The notes under the pieces are model-generated. The model saw nothing but the letters and a program-made list of their open reading frames with translations. It did not search any database and was not told the origin of the DNA. 64,000 nucleotides of DNA from Anaerolineae bacterium (GTDB lineage: Bacteria; Chloroflexota; Anaerolineae; Aggregatilineales; J027): assembly GCA_021463865.1 (NCBI GenBank), contig JAJTXY010000018.1:1971-65970 (forward strand). The letters are read 5' to 3'. Below are positions 19,079-27,221 of this stretch, piece by piece. The translations under genes were made by a program, and so were the position numbers. Position 1 is the stretch's first letter. Every line of letters begins with the position of its first letter.

Positions 19079-19472
19079 GATCGGTCTCTCCCATCTTGTG
19101 AACTTTACCTAGACCGGGGCACGGCCAGAGTGCATGGGCAGCACTTGGGACATGCTGTTCAAAATTGATCGTCGAGCCGGTTTGTTTATAAGCGATGGTG
19201 TGTCTGAAATAAGGAGGTGAGGAGAAATCGTCGTTCGTGGTTGTGGCGTTTTCTACAGGTATCGCCATTGTCTCGGTGTACCCCGCTTGTTGCAGCGTGG
19301 TTTTGATAGTATCGGCATCCAGCACAGTGGGGTCAAACGAAATCTCGATGGTGCCGAAACAACTACTGGCATAAACTTCCGTTATACCCCGCATCTCCAG
19401 CAAGATGCGGCGGACTTCAAGGACATGATGATCCCCGTACATCGTCGGGGCATCTAAGATAATAGTTTCCAT
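19071..19472 (-). CDS. small HMA-like (ferredoxin-fold) protein with DHH in place of CxxC; function unknown
   Basis: 133 aa. The first ~70 aa follow a beta-alpha-beta-beta-alpha-beta pattern, with metal loop 'TMYGDHH'. The tail is His/Cys-containing. The stop overlaps the acsA start by 8 nt. Confidence 0.5.
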   Translation of the reverse strand: METIILDAPTMYGDHHVLEVRRILLEMRGITEVYASSCFGTIEISFDPTVLDADTIKTTLQQAGYTETMAIPVENATTTNDDFSSPPYFRHTIAYKQTGSTINFEQHVPSAAHALWPCPGLGKVHKMGETDHA

Positions 19473-19670
19473 AGTGCTCTGCTTTCATTTGGGAAACTTT
19501 AGCAACCATGACCCGTCCATTTATGATGTTGTCAAGCACAAAAACTCGAACAACACTAGCTCTAAATAATGCTGATAGTCGTTTAGGGGAAGAATAAATA
19601 CAAGTGATTTCCTTCCCTTGTTTTCTTTCTAATTGTCATGCTGAGATTCTTGATAACAGACTGCTTTGGT

Positions 19671-20714
19671 CTAGCGGTGCAGCAGTTCACCTGTCGCCAC
19701 CAGCATATCGAAAACCTGCTCCGCGACGGCAATATTGGCCGAACCCAACCCGCAGCTTGGGGTTAACAAACTGCGTGATTGAAGCTCCTGCACTGTGATG
19801 GAAACACCGCTGGCCTCCGCCTTTTGACAAATCAATATCAGGCCAGCATCAAGTCGCGCTGCCAATGCTTGTGGCGTGGTCTTAGTGACCAATTCATCAT
19901 TGGGAACAGCCCCCCACGCAATAATTCCACCACGATCTAAAAAGGCCCGTAATTCAGCCGGATAAAGGGCCAGCGTTTCAAGATATCCATTGCTATCGAG
20001 ATTTAGAATATCTACTGAGGTTGCTAACAGCACCGACCAATCCGTATTGGCACAGCAGTGAACACCCGCCAGCGCCCCCTCTTGATGAATCGCCGCGAAT
20101 ACCTCATTCAGCATCTCAGTTACTTGTTCACGACTCAGGCTGATAAACGCCGACCCGAACGATGCCATATAGGGTTCATCCACAAATAAAATGACATTGG
20201 GACGTGCTGTGCGTAAATGTTGAATCTGCCAGCGGGCAATCATGGCAGTGTTTTTGACGATGGCATCAGCAAGCAGGTCATGATAGAGGCTGGCCCGCAA
20301 ATCTTGGTCAGTCACGGTCAGCCCAAAACTGATTGGCCCAGTCACCTGCCCTTTGACCCATTCGCCGGAGATTTGGCATAGCTGATCGAGCAGGGTCTGA
20401 AAACCCGCTGAATAGGCTGGCCGGAGATCAAAATACGCGACCTCATCTGCCAAATAATGCTCGTAAAAAGTTTCTAGCGCGGGGGTAAGGTCGCCAGTGG
20501 TGTCAAAATAAATTTTCTCTTTTTGTTCGTCTACCATGATACCGGGCAGATGAGCGCTGTATTGAGCATACATACTCTCCCGAAAGTCACGGCGCGGCAG
20601 TTGCAGCCATGTTGGAATATCCAACCGTTTTGCCAAGCGCTCACCGAGGGCCTCTGGTTCAAGGTGCGGGACGCTACCCACATGGGTCGTCATAAAATTT
20701 GGCTCAAATACCAT
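19671..20714 (-). CDS. catalytic-domain-only cobalamin-independent-type methionine synthase (core-MetE-like Zn methyltransferase)
   Basis: 347 aa, roughly the size of the MetE C-terminal domain only. Motifs are 'TTHVGSVPH', Zn-ligand-like 'VHCCANTDW' and 'TPSCGLG'. Confidence 0.7.
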   Translation of the reverse strand: MVFEPNFMTTHVGSVPHLEPEALGERLAKRLDIPTWLQLPRRDFRESMYAQYSAHLPGIMVDEQKEKIYFDTTGDLTPALETFYEHYLADEVAYFDLRPAYSAGFQTLLDQLCQISGEWVKGQVTGPISFGLTVTDQDLRASLYHDLLADAIVKNTAMIARWQIQHLRTARPNVILFVDEPYMASFGSAFISLSREQVTEMLNEVFAAIHQEGALAGVHCCANTDWSVLLATSVDILNLDSNGYLETLALYPAELRAFLDRGGIIAWGAVPNDELVTKTTPQALAARLDAGLILICQKAEASGVSITVQELQSRSLLTPSCGLGSANIAVAEQVFDMLVATGELLHR

Positions 20715-20822
20715 GCGTACCTCCTCATTGAATACACATGGATATATCGTCCCCCAATCCTTGAAAATGAGAACGTGTGAAATGTAATGGAAAATCCGTG
20801 AGTCTAGCTAAAGACCTTGGGG

Positions 20823-22220
20823 CTATTCCACCCGCCACACATGCACGACGGGTTGAGCGCCATCCGCAAAAAGTTCCAATACATAAAGCAATTGGTTGGC
20901 TCGGTCATAAGTTGCATCGCCAATCCGCCCGCGTCGCTGCACACCCGTCCCCAACATCTCCAATTCCACTTGGTCGGGATTGAGATAGAGATATTCATCT
21001 ATATCCAAGCGGGTATAGGGTTGAGGCTGGTCGGGGGATAAATGACCCTGTGCGACCTGCGCTAGATCATCGGGATTATAGAAAATGAACTGACCGACAA
21101 ACGCTGAACTCCACCACCCACGATAATCGTTATGCCCCTCACACCCCTGCAAATCTTCCGGAGGGCATGGCGTCCCATCGGCAAGGCGGCACACCTCAAA
21201 TTGGCCGACCAACGTGGTTTCTACACAGGGAAATGCTGGCCCCGCCGGATTGACCCACCCATACCAATATTTTTCGCCGACGCTTTTCGTACCCACAAAC
21301 ACCACCGCCGACCTGCCATCGCTAGTGGTCAGCCAAGCTCCTCCTTCCCATTCATCAGGATGTTGGTATCCATTCATATTGCCCTCAATATTCGAGGTGG
21401 TATCAGACGTTTGATACAAAAGCAGTGGAATGGCATCCAAAACTGTACCATCCGGCGCTGGATTACCTCGTTCATCCCATGCACGATAGGCAAACATGGC
21501 TGGCCCCATACCCGACCATCCCCCATCACGGTAGCGCCCAGTGGCGAGATAACGCCCACCCACATAGGTATCGGCCCATCCAGCCGGGATTTCAAACAGA
21601 TAGCCATTGACGCTGTAGGGATACTCGGTGCTGACAAACCATGTCCCCTGCATGTTGGCGTGGGCAAGGTCGGGGCTAAACCACCCATGTGAAGGCGCTT
21701 CTGGTTCTGGATGAAGATGCTGCCCCCACGCGATATGAATCAACGGCCCGGTTTCTGCGCGATTGAGGTATTGCAGGCCAATACGTGGAATTTCATCCAA
21801 GCCTACAAAGAAACCTGCGGCGACATCGGTAAGGGGCTGCAAATAATCGGCGCGATTGAGATCACTCACATTGGGGGCATTGATGGGAACGGGGATATTG
21901 ATTTCGGCAACTCGGCTACCATCTGGTAATTCCCCATACGGCAGGCGATCATGCCCGGTGATAAACAGCGACCCCGGAAAACCATCCTCCATCCCGTTAT
22001 GATCACCATCGGGGTTGAATGTCATCGCGTTGCCACCATATTCAAACGTATCAGGTCGCAAACCCGCTTCAGGCAAACGAAATGCCCCCAAATAGTGGAG
22101 GTCATCGGGTTGTATGAGAGGACTAGGCGCTTGGGCAAAGGTCGTGGTCGAGAGGCCAAGCATTAAAATCACAGTAAAAAACACAAGCGGTTTCATCGAA
22201 ATCCTCCTTATCATGCTCAT
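20823..22220 (-). CDS. secreted protein, unknown function
   Basis: 465 aa with signal peptide 'MKPLVFFTVILMLGLSTTTFAQA'. I recognised no family motif. Confidence 0.6.
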   Translation of the reverse strand: MSMIRRISMKPLVFFTVILMLGLSTTTFAQAPSPLIQPDDLHYLGAFRLPEAGLRPDTFEYGGNAMTFNPDGDHNGMEDGFPGSLFITGHDRLPYGELPDGSRVAEINIPVPINAPNVSDLNRADYLQPLTDVAAGFFVGLDEIPRIGLQYLNRAETGPLIHIAWGQHLHPEPEAPSHGWFSPDLAHANMQGTWFVSTEYPYSVNGYLFEIPAGWADTYVGGRYLATGRYRDGGWSGMGPAMFAYRAWDERGNPAPDGTVLDAIPLLLYQTSDTTSNIEGNMNGYQHPDEWEGGAWLTTSDGRSAVVFVGTKSVGEKYWYGWVNPAGPAFPCVETTLVGQFEVCRLADGTPCPPEDLQGCEGHNDYRGWWSSAFVGQFIFYNPDDLAQVAQGHLSPDQPQPYTRLDIDEYLYLNPDQVELEMLGTGVQRRGRIGDATYDRANQLLYVLELFADGAQPVVHVWRVE

Positions 22221-22326
22221 GGGGAAAACGACAACGGTGTTTTATGTCGGTGTTATGCACATTTTGGGTTGAAGCCACCATATAATGAGAACAACGTCCT
22301 AGATTTTTAAGACATAAATCAAGCCA

Positions 22327-22520
22327 TTAAAAACACCAAATTCGATATTCCTCATCAGTAGCCCATTTTTCTTTTTTACCGTTGAAACTCTTGCCAATGT
22401 TGTAGGGTGGATCGAGAAAAATGAGGTCAACGGATTTGTCAAGAATTTCGCGGGCGAGAACATCTAAAACATCACCCCAATGTATTTTTTATGATTCTCT
22501 TTTTCAAATAACTCAACCAT
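22327..22520 (-). pseudogene. remnant of an N6/N4 DNA methyltransferase (N-terminal ~65 codons, frameshifted and truncated)
   Basis: The minus strand reads ATG..'MVELFEKENHKK', then shifts frame in an A-run. It continues 'HWGDVLDVLAREILDKSVDLIFLDPPYNIGKSFNGKKEKWATDEEYRIWCF*'. The DPPY motif is intact but the rest of the enzyme is absent. The local sequence is AT-rich. Confidence 0.6.
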
Positions 22521-22550
22521 TACAACGAATTGCACTTATTTGAGACAGCC

Positions 22551-23042
22551 TTATTTGACGATCAGTTCAACCTGCGCGTTCGCAACTTTCAGCAAGTCGT
22601 TGAGTTGAATTTCCAAAGTAATGTCGCGCCGACCCATCCCACAATATACCGTGCCAAGTGGGAGTAGGTTTTGGTCAATAACGACCTTCACATTTTCACG
22701 GCTAGAAAGCGGCCCCACACCCCCGATTTCTTGACCAAGATCGCCGAGAATTTCCTCTGGCGACCCCGCGACAATATTGCCCCGTTTGACGCCAAACACC
22801 GCCGCTAATTTTTTGTAATCGGCACGATCAGGGGCGCGAATCCCTGCCAAAATCCAAAACGAATGTTTGACCCGAAAAGCCATCGTTTTAAGCCAAGCCT
22901 CCGTTGGAAAAGGTAACTTATCACCCATTTCCTGATAGGTGGTAAAGGGTTCGTGTTCGTGAATGGCAAACGGAATACCCGATTCCTGTAACAGCCGCAG
23001 ATTTTCATCATAGCTGGGTATACTCATGTGGATTTCCCTCAA
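22551..23042 (-). CDS. YbaK/EbsC-type aminoacyl-tRNA deacylase domain protein
   Basis: 163 aa. Pattern 'KTMAFRVK..WILAGIRAPDRADYKKLA..GGVGPL' fits the YbaK/ProRS-associated editing domain. Confidence 0.7.
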   Translation of the reverse strand: MREIHMSIPSYDENLRLLQESGIPFAIHEHEPFTTYQEMGDKLPFPTEAWLKTMAFRVKHSFWILAGIRAPDRADYKKLAAVFGVKRGNIVAGSPEEILGDLGQEIGGVGPLSSRENVKVVIDQNLLPLGTVYCGMGRRDITLEIQLNDLLKVANAQVELIVK

Positions 23043-23060
23043 AAGCCCTGAAATATGAGA

Positions 23061-24599
23061 TCAAACACTCAGGCGTCGTGGGCGATATTGAATGGCTTCC
23101 GCCATATCTACAACTTCAATACGGTCATGGTCAGCGAGGTCGGCGATGGTGCGGGATAACTTCAAAATACGATGATACGCACGGGCGCTGAGTTGCATTT
23201 GGCGTAGGGTAGCATTAATCAATTTTTCGGCGTCGGGCTGCATCTCGCAATAATCGCGGATTTCACTCGCTCCCATATCGGCATTGGAGTGGAGACGGGG
23301 GCTGTTTTTAAATCGTTCACGCTGCCGAGCGCGGGCCGTCTCGACGCGATTTTGTACATGCGCGGAAGGCTCACCGCGTCGGGCATCGGTCAATTTATCA
23401 TAATCCACGCGCGGCACATCCAAATGAATATCAATGCGATCCAGCAGTGGGCCTGAAATGCGTTTTTGATAGTTGCGAATCATCGAATCACTGCATGTAC
23501 AGCGGTGAACGGGGTCGCCTAAATAACCACAAGGGCAGGGATTCATGGCCGCGATAAGCATAAAACTAGCGGGGAAAGTCAGGGCGACTTTAGCCCGACT
23601 GATAGTGACAAATTTATCTTCAATCGGTTGGCGTAGCACTTCTAAGGTATGTGTGCCGAATTCCAAAAATTCGTCGAGAAAGAGAATTCCCCTATGAGCT
23701 AAGGTGATTTCGCCGGGGCGGGGATAACTGCCGCCACCCACTAAACCGGCCTCAGAAATCGTGTGATGGGGAGCACGAAAGGGCCTCGATTGAATTAGGG
23801 GATGGTCACCGGGCAGCAAATCGGCAACGGAGTAGATACGAGTGACTTCAAGGGCTTCGGAAATTGCCATCTGGGGCAAAATGCCGGGGAGGGCACGGGC
23901 TAACAGGGTTTTGCCAACGCCGGGACTCCCGACCATCAAAACATTGTGTGAACCAGCCGCAGAAACTTCGAGACCCCGTTTGACATGCTCTTGTCCTTTG
24001 ATGTCTTGGAAATCCACCAAACCCTGCATCAATTGACTTTCACCATATAGCCCAGAGCTATCGCGGTTGTAGGGTGGAATTACGTTAAGGTCGTAGAGGT
24101 GTTCGACCAATTGACCTAGGGTTTCAACGGGAACGATTTCAATATCGGGGACAAGGGCGGCCTGCGAAGCATCATCAGCGGGGACATAGGCACGTTCAAA
24201 ACCACTTTCCCATGCCTTATGCACCATCGAAAGAATGCCACGCACATGCCGGACACGTCCATCCAAGCCCAATTCACCCAGAAAAACCGCACCTTCCGTG
24301 GTTGGAATGGGTAGTTGGTCGGTGGCACATAAGACCCCAACCGCCATTGGCAAATCATAAGCAGGGCCTTCTTTGCGGAGGTCGGCGGGTGCGAGGTTGA
24401 CGATGTAGCGCTGATTATTGAAAGTTAGGCCTGTGTTCTTGATGGCGGCCCGAACGCGCTCCCGGCTTTCTTGCACAGCGGTATCCGGTAGACCGACCAC
24501 CTGAAAAGCAGGTAGACTGGAGGCCGAATAGTCTACCTGCACTTCCACAATTTCACCCTCTAAGCCGAGCAGGGCACATGAGTGAACAACTGCCAGCAT
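23061..24599 (-). CDS. YifB/ComM-family Mg-chelatase-like AAA ATPase
   Basis: 512 aa. Walker A 'GSPGVGKT', Walker B 'GILFLDEF', and a Cys cluster 'CPCGYLGDPVHRCTC'. Confidence 0.9.
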   Translation of the reverse strand: MLAVVHSCALLGLEGEIVEVQVDYSASSLPAFQVVGLPDTAVQESRERVRAAIKNTGLTFNNQRYIVNLAPADLRKEGPAYDLPMAVGVLCATDQLPIPTTEGAVFLGELGLDGRVRHVRGILSMVHKAWESGFERAYVPADDASQAALVPDIEIVPVETLGQLVEHLYDLNVIPPYNRDSSGLYGESQLMQGLVDFQDIKGQEHVKRGLEVSAAGSHNVLMVGSPGVGKTLLARALPGILPQMAISEALEVTRIYSVADLLPGDHPLIQSRPFRAPHHTISEAGLVGGGSYPRPGEITLAHRGILFLDEFLEFGTHTLEVLRQPIEDKFVTISRAKVALTFPASFMLIAAMNPCPCGYLGDPVHRCTCSDSMIRNYQKRISGPLLDRIDIHLDVPRVDYDKLTDARRGEPSAHVQNRVETARARQRERFKNSPRLHSNADMGASEIRDYCEMQPDAEKLINATLRQMQLSARAYHRILKLSRTIADLADHDRIEVVDMAEAIQYRPRRLSV

Positions 24600-24685
24600 G
24601 TGTTTTTATCCTGAGTCATGCGATGATACTAGTAACGCAGTGTATTATGAACGACGTTGCCATCCTGCGCTACCAATGGAATCAT

Positions 24686-26068
24686 CTAGGCCTCAGCGGG
24701 GGTTAATTCTTCTTCACTGATTGGAAAATCGCGGGTCACTTCCCAGCGCGGGAGGTGATAGGTGCGTTCGGCTTCCTCAGCAAGTTCGGCGCGGAAATTG
24801 GGATGCGCAATGTCTACCAGCGCCATCGCTCGTTCACGGATGGTACGTCCGTACAAATCGGCAATCCCATATTCTGTCGCTACAAAATGGACATCGTTGC
24901 GGGTTGTGACCACACCAGCGCCCGATTTCAAAACTGGCACAATACGACTGACCGTATCATCTTTCGCCGTACTCGGCAGGGCGATAATGGGCAAGCCACC
25001 TTTGCTGCGGGCCGCGCCACGAACGAAATCTAATTGACCACCGACACCTGAATAGAAGTAGGGGCCAATGCTGTCCGCACAAACTTGCCCGGTCAAATCC
25101 ACTTCAATCGCGGAATTGATGGCGACCATCTTATCATTTTTGGCGATGAGGTAGGGGTCGTTGACATATTCGGTGGGGTGGATTTCGACAATCGGATTGT
25201 CATTTACGAAATTATAGAGGCGTTTCGTACCAAGCATGAACCCCGCGATGATTTTGCCGGGGTGGAAGGTCTTGCGTTCGCAGGTGATGACGCCTTTATT
25301 GACCAAATCAATCACACCATCAGAAAATAGCTCAGTGTGGACACCCAGATGTTTGTGATTGGTAAGGTAATGCAGCACCGCCGTCGGAATACCACCGATT
25401 CCGGTTTGCAGACATGCCCCATCTGGAATCAGGGCTGCAATATGACGGGCAATACGGTCAGTGATTTCGCCGCCAGCCGCCATATGGATTTCGGGCAGTT
25501 CATAATCTACTTCGACAATATAGTCGAGTTTGGAGACGTGAATGAAACTGTCGCCGAGGGTGCGCGGCATCTTGGGATTGACTTCGGCAATGATGATTTT
25601 GGCAGAATAGGCAGCGGTTCTGGTAACGCCGACTTCAATGCCAAACGAGCAGTAACCGTGATCGTCGGGTGGACTGACCTGAATCAGCGCCACATCAATC
25701 GGCAGGCGGCCTGATGAAAATAGCCCCGGGATTTCCGAGAGGAAAGCAGGTGTAAAATCGGCACGTCCATCATTGACGGCTTGACGCACATTCTCACTAA
25801 TGAACAAGGTGTTGACGCGCAGATGGGGGGTCATTGCGGGCGCGACATACTCACTGCCTGCCATTGCCAAGACCTGCACGATTTCCACATCGCACAGATT
25901 GGGGGCATAGTCTACTAATGCTTTGAGCAGGGTTTGGGGAACTGAGCAGTTGCCAGTCAGAAAAACACGATTTTTGTTTTTAATCATGCTGATGGCTTTA
26001 GCTGCGGATACAAGTTTTGGCTGATATTGGTTAAGCCATTCCATTTGTGTGGCCTCCGGTAACTTCAT
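24686..26068 (-). CDS. acetyl-CoA hydrolase/transferase family protein (4-hydroxybutyrate CoA-transferase-like)
   Basis: 460 aa. Two-domain CoA-transferase size with 'GIGGIP' and 'SGVGGQLDF'. Confidence 0.8.
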   Translation of the reverse strand: MKLPEATQMEWLNQYQPKLVSAAKAISMIKNKNRVFLTGNCSVPQTLLKALVDYAPNLCDVEIVQVLAMAGSEYVAPAMTPHLRVNTLFISENVRQAVNDGRADFTPAFLSEIPGLFSSGRLPIDVALIQVSPPDDHGYCSFGIEVGVTRTAAYSAKIIIAEVNPKMPRTLGDSFIHVSKLDYIVEVDYELPEIHMAAGGEITDRIARHIAALIPDGACLQTGIGGIPTAVLHYLTNHKHLGVHTELFSDGVIDLVNKGVITCERKTFHPGKIIAGFMLGTKRLYNFVNDNPIVEIHPTEYVNDPYLIAKNDKMVAINSAIEVDLTGQVCADSIGPYFYSGVGGQLDFVRGAARSKGGLPIIALPSTAKDDTVSRIVPVLKSGAGVVTTRNDVHFVATEYGIADLYGRTIRERAMALVDIAHPNFRAELAEEAERTYHLPRWEVTRDFPISEEELTPAEA

Positions 26069-26288
26069 CTGATCGGTAAAGCTGGTGAGTTTTAATTGGC
26101 AAAGTAAGTCTCACTCCTTCTGTCAGACTTGATACTAAAAGTATTGGGCCAGATTTGTCAGTTCAAAATGAGACTATCCGCGTAGGCCGAAAGTCACTCT
26201 TTTTTCGTTAGAGGGGTATGGGGTGGTCACACATCCGAATGCGGGGTAGACTTCAAGGTGCAATTTTCCCTCCAAAGGAGCATTTTAC

Positions 26289-27197
26289 GTGTTGACTCGT
26301 GCAGCCACTTCTAACACTCTACAGGCGATTCTTAAGCTGACCCGTTGGCAAGAATTTTGGGCTTTTACGTCCATCCTAACGTGGTTAGGAGGGCTGTTGG
26401 CCTATGAAGTGCGTGGTGCGACCCTCGACTGGCGTTTATTTGTGGTGTTTATCGCCAATATGAGCGCAATGGCCTATGCCTTTATGATTAATGATATTGA
26501 GGACGCAGTGGATGATACCCACGACCCAGATCGCGCCCGCCGTAATCCAATTTCCAGTGGCGAACTTTCCAAAAAAGCAGGCTGGACAGCCTCAATTATC
26601 ATGTTTGTCTTGTCAGTGATTTGTTACGCGCTGGCAGGCTGGCGAGCTTTCATAGTAGGAGCGGTTATTTTGATTTTGGCGCATCTCTATTCGTGGCATT
26701 TGGTACGCCTAAAAGCACGCCCACTGGTGGATATTTTGTCGCACGCCATGTTTCTGAGTACCCTGTTATTTTTGGCTGCGTTTTTTATCTACACCACACA
26801 TATTGGCTATTTATGGACGATGGTCTTGGGTACGTTTTTGATTTCGGCCTATGGTCAACTCTATAACCAAGTGCGGGATTATGAAGCAGACCGAGCAGCC
26901 GGACTTCATAATACTGCCAGTATTTTAGGCTTGCGCATCACGCAAATCTTAGCTCCAGCTTCGGTGGTGGGGGCATTACTCGGTTTTTTGGCGGCGATTT
27001 TGATGGGGGCATTCCCAATTTGGCTGCTGCCGATTCTGATTGTGACATTTATCGTGGTGCATATGGCCTTGCGAAATGTAAAAACGGATATGCGGGGTAG
27101 TGAGACTGATGATAATATTGCATTAGTACAACGTGAGTTCTTGACTGTTGTCAATACCTTGATGTTAGTCTGGTTGATTGTGGCGTTGGTTTCATGA
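26289..27197 (+). CDS. UbiA-family aromatic prenyltransferase
   Basis: 302 aa polytopic membrane protein. Asp-rich motifs 'NDIEDAVDD' and 'YNQVRDYEAD'. GTG start lies 9 nt after AAGGAG. Confidence 0.8.
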   Translation: MLTRAATSNTLQAILKLTRWQEFWAFTSILTWLGGLLAYEVRGATLDWRLFVVFIANMSAMAYAFMINDIEDAVDDTHDPDRARRNPISSGELSKKAGWTASIIMFVLSVICYALAGWRAFIVGAVILILAHLYSWHLVRLKARPLVDILSHAMFLSTLLFLAAFFIYTTHIGYLWTMVLGTFLISAYGQLYNQVRDYEADRAAGLHNTASILGLRITQILAPASVVGALLGFLAAILMGAFPIWLLPILIVTFIVVHMALRNVKTDMRGSETDDNIALVQREFLTVVNTLMLVWLIVALVS

Positions 27198-27221
27198 ATT
27201 AGTGCAAGCTCAAATCTATCT

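Noticed and set aside
18128-19168. 346-aa + strand ORF, the longest unlisted ORF in the track
   Set aside because: It is entirely antisense to acsA/cooS, whose product carries unmistakable CODH motifs. Its translation is Arg/Gly/His-rich with no motifs. It is a typical shadow ORF of a GC-rich gene. The same reasoning applies to 9328..9954, 7842..8345, 16101..16577 and 14892..15362.
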